The notes below the pieces were generated by a model, which searched no databases, had not been told where the DNA came from, and saw only the letters and a program-made list of their open reading frames with translations. Made by a program: the position numbers and the translations under genes. From contig CAWAIK010000003.1 in the NCBI GenBank assembly GCA_963782115.1, positions 128,001 to 192,000 of the forward strand: a stretch of 64,000 nucleotides of DNA, written 5' to 3'. This DNA is from an uncultured Verrucomicrobiae bacterium. Its GTDB lineage: Bacteria > Verrucomicrobiota > Verrucomicrobiia > Chthoniobacterales > JAFAMB01. Positions 1 through 10,579 of the stretch are shown one piece after another. Every line of letters begins with the position of its first letter. The stretch's first letter is position 1.

Positions 1-145
1 GAGAAATCAGTGTGATGCTCCCTTTTTCTACAAGGTAAGCTGTCTGCTCAGACAGGTTGATGATCACCTTCGTCTCTGAAGCCGCCACCACGCTTGACCA
101 GACGATCGCTGGTAGCGCGATTACCAATCGTATAAACATTTTCAT
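1..145 (-). CDS. L,D-transpeptidase (YkuD) family protein, N-terminal part, runs off left edge
   Basis: Manual translation from ATG at 145: MKMFIRLVIALPAIVWSSVVAASETKVIINLSEQTAYLVEKGSITLIS. Signal peptide followed by the typical YkuD start 'VIINLSEQxAYL'. Confidence 0.65.
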   Translation of the reverse strand, partial: MKMFIRLVIALPAIVWSSVVAASETKVIINLSEQTAYLVEKGSITLIS

Positions 146-443
146 ATGCCAAGGGTTGTGCTGTAACTTAACTACTCTGGATTTGGAAAGCCTCTTGCAG
201 CAGTGTGCAGGGAAGGCGTTGGGGTCTCAGTTGCGCCTTGAACGCTCCCATTTTTGCTGACGTGTGGGCGGGAATCAGACCCGGTAATTGCTGGTAAATA
301 GTTATTAAAGGGCCCGCAAAAAGGACACCAGTAAGCGACTGAACAACTCTCAGTGCGGGACTGAATTCGTTTCACTTTTCAGAATGTTAAGCCCCTGTAT
401 CGTTCCCTTTATAAGCGAATTTTAATGCTCCTGAGTTTATCAC

Positions 444-1400
444 ATGTCTAAGAATCGTACTGGATTATCATCGATATTACTGAGCTACTCCGAGATATTT
501 GCCATTGTCGGAGACATCGTTCGAGTCAAAGTTCCAGAAGAGGAAAGCGGTAACGGTATTTCTCCGTGTTTGGAAGACCTTGCCGTGCTGGAGGCGGTGG
601 ATGGCAACCTCTCTCTGGCGCAGGTCATCGGCATCAAGCGCGACGTCGTGGCTCTTCAGGTCTTTAATGGAACTCGAGGGATCTCGACCAATTCCATCGT
701 ACGTTTTCTCGGGCACCCGATGCAGGCCAGTTACTCCGGCAACATCTTCGGCCGGGTGTTCCGCGGCACTGGAGAACCGATCGACGGCGGGCCGGACCTT
801 CCAAACGATCCGAAAGTGACCATCGGCGGTCCTTCCGTTAACCCGATGCGACGGGTCTTGGCCTCCAAAATGATCCGTACTAACGTGCCGATGATCGACG
901 TCTTTAATTGTCTGGTGGAAAGCCAGAAGATTCCGATCTTCTCCGTCTCAGGCGAGCCTTTCAATCAGTTGTTCGACAAGAATGTCGCGCCGGGCTGGGC
1001 CGATCGCGTGCTCGCCATGCTGGAACTTCTCCGGCGCGGCAACGACGTTGCCCAGATGATGCAGGTGACAGGCGAAGAGGGTGTTAGTCTGGAAGATCAT
1101 CTGGTCCACCAAAAATCACTTTTCCTTGACATGGTCTATCTGCAGCAAGACGCCTTCGATCAGGTCGACTCCAGTGCACCTCTCCCGCGGCAAAAACGGA
1201 CATTCGACCTGGTGTTTGATCTCGTTTATCGGCCGTATCAGTTCAAGGATAAATCAGCAATTCGCGATTATTTTGTACGCCTTATCGGCCTATTCAAGAA
1301 CCTGAACTATTCTCAAGAGGAGACCTCGCAGTACAAGGAATTCCTCGGCAAGATTCAGGAACTCGCAGGTTCGACCGCGAACCAGATCGCCAAGTCTTAA
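444..1400 (+). CDS. In-frame chimera of V/A-type ATP synthase subunit B (N-terminal ~176 aa) and subunit A (C-terminal ~140 aa); probable deletion remnant
   Basis: N part has subunit B motifs (LQVFNGTRGIST, GEPIDGGP, MIRTNVPMIDVFNCLVESQKIPIFSVSGEPFNQL). After ~nt 970 the sequence has subunit A C-terminal motifs (QMMQVTGEEGV, FLDMVYLQQDAFDQVD). Confidence 0.8.
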   Translation: MSKNRTGLSSILLSYSEIFAIVGDIVRVKVPEEESGNGISPCLEDLAVLEAVDGNLSLAQVIGIKRDVVALQVFNGTRGISTNSIVRFLGHPMQASYSGNIFGRVFRGTGEPIDGGPDLPNDPKVTIGGPSVNPMRRVLASKMIRTNVPMIDVFNCLVESQKIPIFSVSGEPFNQLFDKNVAPGWADRVLAMLELLRRGNDVAQMMQVTGEEGVSLEDHLVHQKSLFLDMVYLQQDAFDQVDSSAPLPRQKRTFDLVFDLVYRPYQFKDKSAIRDYFVRLIGLFKNLNYSQEETSQYKEFLGKIQELAGSTANQIAKS

Positions 1401-1404
1401 TGAA

Positions 1405-2316
1405 ATGAAAAAGAGCGAAATCATAGACAGGTCACGCAAATTCGCAGAGCCTTACTGCGTCTCTAGTGGTAAAAAATTCCGGCTCAAGGATTTCGATCCT
1501 GCCGGTACGGGCAAAGCCACGTCTGAAGACAAACCAAGGGCGAAGGAATTGCTGGAAACTGGCATTCAAGCACTTGCGGAATTACAGGACGTGCTCTACG
1601 CGCAGGACCGGTGGTCGCTCCTGTTGATCTTTCAGGCGATGGATGCGGCGGGAAAAGATGGCGCGATCAAGCACGTTATGTCCGGCGTTAATCCACAGGG
1701 TTGCCAAGTCTATTCATTTAAGAGTCCATCGGCAGAAGACATCAATCACGACTATCTCTGGCGGTGCATGAAATGTCTGCCCGAACGCGGGCGGATCGGC
1801 ATTTTCAACCGCAGCTACTACGAAGAAACGCTGGTCGTCCGCGTGCATCCCGAGTTGCTGGCAAAACAGAAAATCCCGCAGCAGCTCATAACCAAGGACA
1901 TCTGGGAGGAGCGCTACCATGACATCCGCCACTTCGAGCGCTATCTCACGCGCAACGGCGTCGTCATTCGAAAGTTTTTTCTACACGTCTCCGCAGAGGA
2001 ACAGAAGAAACGTTTCCTTGAGCGACTCGATAATCCAGCGAAGAACTGGAAGTTCTCGTCTGGGGATTCGCGCGAGCGCAACTTTTGGAAGGAATACATG
2101 GAAGCCTACGAAGATATGATCTGCAACACGGCGACCGATTACGCGCCGTGGTATGTGGTACCCGCAGACAACAAGTGGTTTACGCGGGTCGTCGTCGCGG
2201 CCGCTGTCATCGACGCGATCGCATCACTGAACCTCCAGTATCCCGAAGTCACTGAAGCACAGCGCAAGGAACTCGCTGCGGCGAACGAAGCACTTATGGC
2301 GGGTGACGAACTTTGA
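1405..2316 (+). CDS. ppk2: Polyphosphate kinase 2 family protein (polyphosphate:nucleotide phosphotransferase)
   Basis: Motifs QAMDAAGKDG, IFNRSYYEE, KFFLHVS, KNWKFS, APWYVVPADNKW; 303 aa. Confidence 0.93.
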   Translation: MKKSEIIDRSRKFAEPYCVSSGKKFRLKDFDPAGTGKATSEDKPRAKELLETGIQALAELQDVLYAQDRWSLLLIFQAMDAAGKDGAIKHVMSGVNPQGCQVYSFKSPSAEDINHDYLWRCMKCLPERGRIGIFNRSYYEETLVVRVHPELLAKQKIPQQLITKDIWEERYHDIRHFERYLTRNGVVIRKFFLHVSAEEQKKRFLERLDNPAKNWKFSSGDSRERNFWKEYMEAYEDMICNTATDYAPWYVVPADNKWFTRVVVAAAVIDAIASLNLQYPEVTEAQRKELAAANEALMAGDEL

Positions 2317-2741
2317 AGTTTAATCTTAGCGTAAAACCAGAAGCAGCGCCAGATGTTAATGTAGTTGGTCGGTGAGACCAGGAGGACTTCCCTTAGGTGA
2401 AATTAATCCCGACAAAGGCCCACTTTATGAAATTAGGTAGTATAAGTATTATGCTGTTGGGGATAGTTGGTTACTTCCTGCTAGTAAGCTTTTGTTGTAG
2501 TTAGTCATTCAACTGTCTCCATCTGTGGGGAAAAGGCCTCGGAAACTCGAATGGATATTCGTGTCAACAAGAACCTTCACTTCGGGAGCGAAACCCGCGC
2601 TGATCCACAGAGCTCCGACCGAGCAGCTAAATCAATCAGTGAACTGAATTCAGTTACAAATGAACACCTTTCACTTGGCAGGCGGGCGGAAATCCGTAGA
2701 GATTGAAGGACGAACAAAAAAGTGAATAAAGAGAGGATCGA

Positions 2742-3089
2742 ATGGCAATTACACGTGACCTGATGGATATCACGAGAATCCAGCGAACAATGAGAGTCTT
2801 TCCGTACGAGGAAGCCAAGGCAGCAGCCAAGCGTTTCCTCGAAGAATCAATGATAGAATCAGAGGTGCTCACGGACTGGGATTCATCTTTCGCAAAGTAC
2901 ATCGAGGAACGCAAGAACTCGAAGCTGCTCTTCTGTTGGTACGCACAAGGTGTGGCAATTGTTTTCAGCCCGTCTGATCATCACGGTGTCTGGGCTTTGC
3001 AGCGGGAAGGGATCACTGGGAAAGGGGTGCTACCCGAATATGCGCTGGAGATTGTGGAACGCATAGCTAAAGAAAAGGCACTAGCCTAG
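2742..3089 (+). CDS. Hypothetical protein (115 aa)
   Basis: ATG preceded by GAGAGGA; protein-like composition; no recognised family. Confidence 0.6.
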   Translation: MAITRDLMDITRIQRTMRVFPYEEAKAAAKRFLEESMIESEVLTDWDSSFAKYIEERKNSKLLFCWYAQGVAIVFSPSDHHGVWALQREGITGKGVLPEYALEIVERIAKEKALA

Positions 3090-3100
3090 CCCAACGCATC

Positions 3101-3216
3101 CAAAGTTCTCAAGATCCGACAGGCCTCGGTATTGTCGCGCAGATCGATGAGCTTTTTGGCATCGATGCCCAGGCGCGCGACAAGGACTAAACCAAGGAGA
3201 TCGTCAGCTTCTACGA
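3101..3216 (+). mobile_element. IS66-family transposase internal remnant
   Basis: Manual translation QDPTGLGIVAQIDELFGIDAQARDK, then after a frameshift GLNQGDRQLLR, resembling the IS66 TnpC core. Confidence 0.5.
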
Positions 3217-3218
3217 AT

Positions 3219-3329
3219 ATGAGAACAAAGGTTGAGCGTGAGACACGAAAACTTGAGGAAGTTAGTCATGCCTTTGAGGACGTCGAGAGCGGTAAGGCGA
3301 AGGCCCGTCTAGTTTTCGATTTTCGATAA
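3219..3329 (+). pseudogene. Zinc-binding alcohol dehydrogenase, C-terminal shard
   Basis: TKVERETRKLEEVSHAFEDVESGKAKARLVFDFR* matches the AdhP-like C-terminus; the rest of the gene is absent. Confidence 0.55.
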
Positions 3330-4174
3330 GACGTTCCGCAGATGGGCGGCAGCGATCGTCTCTAAGCCGCGCGCCGAGCAACACCGTGAATCGACTTCGT
3401 CGGCCAAGCCCTCCCTTAGCTCGCCGGACTGCGCTTCGCGACACCACAATCCCGCAAGCTCGTGCCGGGCTCGCCCAACCTTGTACCGACTTCGTCGCTT
3501 TTTTCGAGAAATCTATCTTCATTCAGGTGTAAGCGTCATGGGAACTCCACTTTGTCTGGCTTGGCGGCTTTGTGTCAAATACGAGCTGGTTAGGTTGGTA
3601 GCAGTGCGACTAAATGAACGATCAATCAGATCGACCCGCTCACCCCAAGCTACGGCAATGTCGTAACTAAGTCGGTCCATTATGGCGTTTGCCTGCGCCG
3701 TCAGGCGACCACCCCGCGATCACCAGAAGAAATAGGCAGAGACTGCAAAGAAAAATAAACGCTTCCATACGTGTTTCGTTTTACCATCGGTTGCACAAGA
3801 CAGAGTTAGTCTTCATAGGAATTCACTTCACATAACGAAACCCTCCCTGATTAACCTTGCTTCTGCCGACTTCGTTCATATTAGCATCTGGCGTTCTACG
3901 TCGCTATTGCTCGAGATGAGTGTTTTGTTTCTACCGAAATGGATCATTCTCTCATTACTTCTGGCTGGAGAGCCGTTTTCTTCGTTTATTTTGGTTTGGA
4001 TCCCTCGCTTAAGGTTGGTCCTGGGATGTTTTTCTGTGACTAGTTTTGGAGTTGGGTGATAGTTGGGCCAGCCGCGTTGAGCTTGCCGGCTTTGTGGTGG
4101 CCGCGGCTTTGAAGTAGCTGTGGAGGTCAACCGCTCTGGAAAGGGATGGGATGGGCGGCGCCGTTCGGCCATAG

Positions 4175-5737
4175 TTATGCCGACAGAAGGTATCCTTGGG
4201 CCACTTGCTTGAAATTCCGCACGGTTTGCTTCTGCCAGTCGCCGTCCCGTTTAAGTTCCCGCGCCATCAACTCCGCCACCCGTGGGGCGGCTTCAATGCT
4301 GGCCCGCGCGCCCAGCAACAGGGCTCGGGTTCTGCGCGCAAGCACGTCCTCGACCGTCCGCGCCATCTCTGCGCGCACCGCCCAGACGACCTCGGCGCCG
4401 ATGTACGGCAGTTCAGGGTGAAGTTTTTCGGACAAGGCCGGCTCTTGCCGCGCAATTTCCTGAATCGCAGGCGCGTCGGCGCCGTAAAGTCGCAAGCTCG
4501 GCTCCGGGATGGCCTGCTTGGTCCAACCATGGATTTGCAAATGCTCGGTTGTGCAGGGGCGCTCCTCCAAGCCGGCCATAGTCTCCGCTTGCTCGACGGC
4601 GTCTTGGGCCATCTTGCGATAAGTCGTCCATTTGCCGCCTGCGATGGTCAACAGCCCAGCGTTTGAAATCAGGATGGTGTGGTCGCGGGAAAGGGCCGCC
4701 GTACTTTTGGCGTCGCCGACTTTCACTAACGGGCGCAGCCCAGCGTAGACGCTCAGGACGTCACTTCGGCTGGGAGCCTTGCTCAAATACTTGGCGGCGT
4801 TGGTGAGGATGAACCCTATTTCTTCATCCAGGGGGACCGGCTCAAGCGAAATGTTATCCACGCTGATGTCGGTGGTTCCTACTACCACATGATCGTGCCA
4901 AGGCACCGCGAACAGCACCCGACCGTCCGGAGTGTGCGGGACCATGACGGCGCTGTCGCCCGGCAGAAACGCCTTCGGCAGCACCACGTGGGAGCCTTGA
5001 CTTGCGGCGATGACCGTTTTTGCGTCCGGTTCATCCATCTTGCGGATGGCATCGGAGAAAACGCCCGTGGCGTTGATCACCGCGCGAGCCCGGACCTGGT
5101 ACTCCGAACCGGTCTCCAAATCGCGGATTACCGCCCCTGCGATCAGATCGTTTTCCTTTATCAGGGAAACGACCGGCATGTAATTGATGGCCACGCCGCC
5201 AAGGTCAAAAATCGTTTGGGCCAGGTTTACGGCCAACCTTGAATCGTCGAACTGCCCATCGTAATAGGACACCCCGCGTTGTAGACCGCCAGGTTCGAGC
5301 GTCGGGATCAGCTTCAGTGTTTCCTCACGCGTAAGAACCCGGGAGGGATTGAGCCCGAGCTTACCGGCGAGCCGGTCGTAAATCTTCATGCCAACGCCGT
5401 AAAACGGCCCTTCCCACCAGCTGTAAATCGGCACGATAAACTCAAGGTGGTGAACCAAATGCGGCGCATTTTCACAGAGTAGCCCGCGTTCGCGCAACGC
5501 CTCTAGTACAAGCGAGATGTTGCCCTGTTTAAGATAACGAACCCCGCCGTGCACGAGTTTGGTGCTGCGGCTGGAAGTTCCTTTGGCAAAATCGTGCTGC
5601 TCCACCAGCAGCGTGCGGTACCCGCGCGCGGATGCGTCGACAGCAACGCCGAGGCCCGTCGCGCCCCCGCCGATCACGAGAAAATCCCAGGGTTCTTTGG
5701 TGTTCTCAATTTGATCGAATACTGTGTCACGTTTCAT
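4175..5737 (-). CDS. glpD: FAD-dependent glycerol-3-phosphate dehydrogenase/oxidase
   Basis: IGGGATG FAD motif, GTSSRSTKLVHGGVRYL, GLRPL, SRDH, GGKWTTYR, EMARTVEDVLARRT; 520 aa. Confidence 0.93.
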   Translation of the reverse strand: MKRDTVFDQIENTKEPWDFLVIGGGATGLGVAVDASARGYRTLLVEQHDFAKGTSSRSTKLVHGGVRYLKQGNISLVLEALRERGLLCENAPHLVHHLEFIVPIYSWWEGPFYGVGMKIYDRLAGKLGLNPSRVLTREETLKLIPTLEPGGLQRGVSYYDGQFDDSRLAVNLAQTIFDLGGVAINYMPVVSLIKENDLIAGAVIRDLETGSEYQVRARAVINATGVFSDAIRKMDEPDAKTVIAASQGSHVVLPKAFLPGDSAVMVPHTPDGRVLFAVPWHDHVVVGTTDISVDNISLEPVPLDEEIGFILTNAAKYLSKAPSRSDVLSVYAGLRPLVKVGDAKSTAALSRDHTILISNAGLLTIAGGKWTTYRKMAQDAVEQAETMAGLEERPCTTEHLQIHGWTKQAIPEPSLRLYGADAPAIQEIARQEPALSEKLHPELPYIGAEVVWAVRAEMARTVEDVLARRTRALLLGARASIEAAPRVAELMARELKRDGDWQKQTVRNFKQVAQGYLLSA

Positions 5738-5764
5738 AGAAGATCCTTTCTTAAGGTCAGATTG

Positions 5765-6994
5765 TCAGGAATGCGGGACTTGGGGCGCCGGTAGCACTCC
5801 ACCACCAGCCGAGAGCATCACCTGCTCAAGCGTGTGCCGGGCAATGATGAGGTTTTCGTTGGTCGGCAACACCCAAGCGGTGACTTTTGAGGTCGGCGTC
5901 GAGAGGCATGGGCCGTGGCGTTCATTGCCGGCTCCATCCAGTTCAAGTCCCAGCCATGCGGCCTGAAGGCAGATTTGCGCACGGATCACGGCCGAACGTT
6001 CACCAATACCTCCAGTGAACACGAGTGCGTCGAGGCCGCTTAGCGCCGCGGCTAGCGAGCCGAGTTCGCGCCCAATGCGATACACGAACAATTCGATCGC
6101 CTCCTTCGCTGCGGGATCATCGCTGGCCAGGAGCGTTCGCATGTCGCTCGAGATACCGGACACGCCCAGCAGGCCAGACTCTTGGTAGAGCAATTCCTCC
6201 AGCGCTCGCGCGTCCAGGCCGTGGTGGTCTAATAGGTAAAGCAGCACACCGGGATCGAGATTGCCGCAGCGCGTTCCCATGACCAGGCCATCCAGCGGCG
6301 TAAAGCTCATCGTGGTGGCGACGCTCCGTCCGCCGCGCAGTGCGCACATGCTCGCGCCACTGCCAAGGTGGGCGACGATGATTCGGGCACCGGCGAGTTC
6401 GGGTCCGAGTGTAGGCAGCGCCGAGGCTATATATTCGTAGGACAGTCCATGGAATCCGTAGCGGCGCACGCCTTCGTCGGTCAGGCGTCGCGGCAAGGCG
6501 AATGCCTGTGCGATGGCCGGTTGCGTGCGGTGAAACGCGGTGTCGAAGCATGCGACCTGCGGCAGCGTCGGCATGGCATCTCGCACCGCGTAGATGACGG
6601 CAAGGCAATGCGGTTGATGAAGCGGGGCCAAAGGCACCAAGGCCTCCAGCTTCGTCAGAACCTTCGTATCCACCAGGACCGGTTCGGAGAAATATTGCCC
6701 GCCGTGCACGACTCGATGGCCGACTGCCAGCAACGTTGCGCCTCGTTCACGCTCATGCACCCACGAGCGAATGACAGCGATGGCGCCGCCATGATGAAGG
6801 ACTTCCTTGGCGTCGTGCGCGCGATCGACAAGCGTCTGTCCAGCGGCGTCCTTCACCGTAAACCGCGGCTGAGTCCCTATGCCCTCCACCTGTCCGGTGA
6901 CGTCGGCGACAGGCTGATCCGCCTTGTTCTTTTTGAAAAGAGCGAACTTGAGGCTCGACGATCCAGCATTGACGACAAGGAGGAGCGGGGTCAT
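5765..6994 (-). CDS. ackA: Acetate/propionate kinase
   Basis: VNAGSSSLK, GHRVVHGG, LAPLH, FDTAFH, RYGFHGLS, HLGSGAS, GTRCG, FTGGIGE, PTNE. Confidence 0.93.
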   Translation of the reverse strand: MTPLLLVVNAGSSSLKFALFKKNKADQPVADVTGQVEGIGTQPRFTVKDAAGQTLVDRAHDAKEVLHHGGAIAVIRSWVHERERGATLLAVGHRVVHGGQYFSEPVLVDTKVLTKLEALVPLAPLHQPHCLAVIYAVRDAMPTLPQVACFDTAFHRTQPAIAQAFALPRRLTDEGVRRYGFHGLSYEYIASALPTLGPELAGARIIVAHLGSGASMCALRGGRSVATTMSFTPLDGLVMGTRCGNLDPGVLLYLLDHHGLDARALEELLYQESGLLGVSGISSDMRTLLASDDPAAKEAIELFVYRIGRELGSLAAALSGLDALVFTGGIGERSAVIRAQICLQAAWLGLELDGAGNERHGPCLSTPTSKVTAWVLPTNENLIIARHTLEQVMLSAGGGVLPAPQVPHS

Positions 6995-7289
6995 GGCAAC
7001 TAAAGTTTCACCGCAATTTTCCAGAGGCTCTGCTCTTCGGAAAGTGAAACGTCTTCAGTATCTTAATGAGAGTTTTTCATTCTGCTTTCTTTTTCCTAAG
7101 GGATTAATTAGACTTTCAATGTTTACTCGGCTGCTCCTGTCCGTTTGCCAATCGAAGGGTAATGTGTACGCGCAAACGCAGTTAACGCTATTAGGCCAAC
7201 CGGAAGCCCTGTCGTGATCGAGCTTTCAAGATATGTGTTTGAAACGCTGCGGGAAGACGAAGAGTTTGTTCTGGACCGGGGCCAAAGGG

Positions 7290-7385
7290 ACGGAGATCTG
7301 TCTGCCATTCTGGTGGTAGCTCCGGTAGCTCGCGTTTAAAACGCAGATACCAGCGCACACAGGTGATGATAATGTCGTCGCGGGA
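7290..7385 (-). mobile_element. IS6-family transposase N-terminal remnant
   Basis: RDDIIITCVRWYLRFK followed out of frame by SYR, matching the IS6 N-terminal pattern 'IIILCVRWYLRYKLSYR'. Confidence 0.55.
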
Positions 7386-7571
7386 ACCAACGTTGACGAA
7401 AGAGTGGCGAGGTGAGTGACGGCGAGCCATGCCCCAAGCCTTGGCACCACGGCACACGAATGGCAACGGCGAATTCATCCCAATAACCGCGCACGTTGAT
7501 CGTTAAGTGTATGCGAAGAAGGTACTTGCACCTATCTGCAAATCTGCAATCTGCAACAGATCCCGCCCAGG

Positions 7572-8591
7572 TTACCCAACATCGACGATCGACGCAGCCA
7601 ATTCATCGATTAGCCACTGCAACCCTTTATCTCGGTCGGCGCTTTGGTCGCAAACGATCTCAACGTCTACAGTTTGTGGTGTGTAAGGCAGATCCAACAA
7701 TACCAGGGAAAAGTGTGCAGCGGCCCAAAGTGCAAGTCGGCGCGGTAGCGTCGCTACCATGTCGGTCGCTTGGAGTAAAGGAGGCACAGCGGCAAAGTGC
7801 GGTACGCAAACGGCCGCGCGGCCGACCAAATCAATATTTTCGTCTTGAAATTCGAGCAAGGCTCGCTCTATCCAGACTCGGCGCGCCACTCCCTTGTCGT
7901 ACATAAAGCCATCGGCTTTATGCTTCTCCGTTCCGGTCAGCTCTACCACCACGTGTGAAAATTCGAAGAGTCTTTCTTTGGTTATCTTGTCTTGAGTCAG
8001 CGGGTGGCCGGCGCGCACCACGATCGCTTCTTCCTCCCGGTAAAGAGTTGCGCGACGCATGCGACCAGGCAGCTCGCCAAACCAGCCGATGACCAAATCG
8101 ATCTGACCACTCTCAAGTTCGCGAACAACATCGAGGCGATTTAAAGGAAACACGCGCAGATCAACTTGCGGCGCGTTCTTGGCTAGCCGTTTGACCAGCG
8201 ACGGGAGAATAACCACGGAAGTATGATCACTCGCGGCGATGCGGAAAGTCCGGACAGCCTCCATTGGCACAAACGGTTTTGTCCTCAAAGCCAATTCAAA
8301 GCTTTCTAACCCCTCGCGAACGGTCGCGGCCAACTCAAGCGCGCGTCGAGTTGGTTCCATGCCAAACTCGCCAGGAACGAAAAGCTCATCGTCAATCGTC
8401 TGGCGGAGCCGGTTCAAGGCGTGGCTGACGGCCGAGGGAGTTACCGAAAGCATTTGGCTCGCCTTGCGCACACTGCGATGCCGCATCATAGCATCAAATA
8501 CACGGAACAGATTGAGGTCGACCATGCGAATTTGGATGGTCGACGCCTGCGGATTCGCATTTTTTGGGTACTCTGTCGTGCCGCTTTTCAT
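7572..8591 (-). CDS. LysR family transcriptional regulator
   Basis: HTH VDLNLFRVFDAMMRHRSVRKASQMLSVTPSAVSHALNRLR plus a LysR substrate-binding domain; divergent from the efflux cluster. Confidence 0.92.
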   Translation of the reverse strand: MKSGTTEYPKNANPQASTIQIRMVDLNLFRVFDAMMRHRSVRKASQMLSVTPSAVSHALNRLRQTIDDELFVPGEFGMEPTRRALELAATVREGLESFELALRTKPFVPMEAVRTFRIAASDHTSVVILPSLVKRLAKNAPQVDLRVFPLNRLDVVRELESGQIDLVIGWFGELPGRMRRATLYREEEAIVVRAGHPLTQDKITKERLFEFSHVVVELTGTEKHKADGFMYDKGVARRVWIERALLEFQDENIDLVGRAAVCVPHFAAVPPLLQATDMVATLPRRLALWAAAHFSLVLLDLPYTPQTVDVEIVCDQSADRDKGLQWLIDELAASIVDVG

Positions 8592-8686
8592 GGCTCAGGG
8601 TTTTGTGTATTGGTCGCAGATAATGATCGGCCGCTTTCCGTGTTGAGAACACTTTCCCGCGGGTCCCGGGGAGGTCAATCAGTAAC

Positions 8687-8721
8687 TGAACGAATTTCAA
8701 TATTAGATTGAATTCCTTTCA
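8687..8721. promoter_or_regulatory. Two tandem LysR-type T-N11-A boxes (TGAA-N5-TTCA)
   Basis: TGAACGAATTTCA at 8687-8699 and TGAATTCCTTTCA at 8709-8721, 22 bp apart, in the divergent LysR/tolC intergenic region. Confidence 0.6.
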
Positions 8722-8969
8722 CTTTCGCGAGAGCACAGTCCACGTATCGTGCCAGCCATGGACGCGTTTTTCGCTCGGCAGCAATGGATTCGCTCACGAT
8801 GCGCTTGAGCGCGGAGCAACTGTCGGGAATCTGTGTCGACGACTTTCGAATTCGATGGTCAAATTTTGGCTGGTTAACACAGCTTCGAACATTAATTGAT
8901 CAGTTGAAACGCCTGCTGAGTTTCACTTCCTACTGGAGTTGGCATTCCTGGCCGCCGCATCGAGCAGCG

Positions 8970-10504
8970 ATGCTCGGCGTCTGCTTATTCGGACTTTCAC
9001 AGGTTTACGCGGTCTTTGCGGCTTCAGCTCGCGATGAGGTTCCTCCTTCGTCCCAAAAGCAATGGAACCCGCCGAATCTGGCGGGCTATCAAGATACTCT
9101 GCAGAAGGGCTCGGCGGAAGCGTTGGAGAAAGGCAAGGAACTGGTCGATCTTCGAAAGGAATATACGCTACCCGATCTCATTGATATTGCGGAGCAATTG
9201 AATCCGGCAACTCGGCAGCGTGGCAGAATGCGAGGCAGGCACTCGCGCTGGTCGGTGTCAGTAAGTCTGCCGATTACCCTTTTCTCTCGTTAGCGGCAGC
9301 GGGCGGCTATACAAGGTTCTTCGTTCCCTTTCCTAAGCTCGAGGTAAACCAAGCTGCTCTTAAGAGGGTTCTGGATACCGGTGGGCCATTGCAAACCGCT
9401 GTGACGCTAACCGAGGGTAACCCGCTTCATTTCGACGTTCTCTATCAATCCGAACTGACCATGAAATGGCTCTTGTTCGACTTTGGACAGCGTGAGGCGA
9501 GCATCAGTGCGGCCCGGGAAGGTCTTCTCATTGCGAACGTCGCCTTTAATGCCACCCATCAACGCGTTGTCCTGGAGGTTAGCCAGAATTTTTACGCTTA
9601 TAACTTGGCGCGGGAATCAGTCAAGGTTGCCGAATCCGCTTCCCAGACAGCTGAGACAGTTCATACCGCAGTAGAAGCTCGCGTAACAAGCGGCCTGGCA
9701 ACCCAACCGGACCTTCTTCAGGCGAAGCAGCAACTCGCGCAAGCTCGATTCGATCTCGAGAAGGCGCGCGGATCGGAACGGGATGCCTTCGTGGACTTGA
9801 TGGAAGCGGTTGGCTTGTCACCCTCTGTCCGAATTCGGATCACCGAGGGTTTCACCGGTTCAGTGCAAGTTGACTTGGAAACTCCGCTTGTCACGCTTGT
9901 CACACGCGCGCTATCGCAACGCCCCGATCTGGTCGCATCATTAGCAAAAGTAAAGTCCGCCGAAGACAAAATCAAAGGCGTTAAGGCATCCTATTTTCCT
10001 AAGATAACCGCGCTCGGGAGTGTTGGTTACGGTTTGGAAAGGACCAGTCTTGGCACTAATACCTTTGACAGCAGCGCTCCAACCTTTGGCGCCAATATTG
10101 CCGTCGAGCTCCCGATTTTCGACGGGTTCCTGAGGGATCGAACTTTGCAGGCTGCGCGGGCCGAATTGGAGGCCGCCTCCCAGCAGCTGGAGCAAACTCG
10201 TGACGATGCCGTCCGACAGGTCTGGAAAAGCTATAATGATCTACGCACCGCAGTTCGCCGTCAGGCCGCGGCAGCGGCTTTACTGCAGTCTTCCCAATCT
10301 TCCTACGATGCCATCCTAGATTCCTTCAAACTGGGACTTTCAACGTATACCGATGTCGTGACCAACGAAACGAAGCTGACGAGTGCACGTAATTCAGTTT
10401 TCGAATCCCGATCCGCAGTCTCTCAAGCCGCGACTACGCTGGCCTACGCGATGGGCGAACTAGGTAATGCGCCAAGGCCCACAAAATTTAGTCACAGGAA
10501 CTAA
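8970..10504 (+). pseudogene. TolC-family outer membrane factor (MdtP-like position) with a -1 frameshift at ~9214
   Basis: Signal peptide and ...YTLPDLIDIAEQLNPATR continue in another frame as AAWQNARQALALVGV...WLLFDFGQRE, with two OEP repeats. Adding one G restores a single ORF, so a sequencing error is possible. Confidence 0.8.
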
Positions 10505-10579
10505 TCGTATTTGAAAACGCGCTCCAACCCTCTAACACGAGTTCCAAAGTCCGCTCTAGTGTCCAGTCCCCGAAATAGC

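Noticed and set aside
3876..4172. 98-aa ORF after glpD and an overlapping 47-aa hydrophobic plus-strand ORF
   Set aside because: No motifs or clear translation signals, so neither can be supported.
7533..7556. AATCTGC short tandem repeat downstream of lysR
   Set aside because: Only about three units, with no evidence of function.
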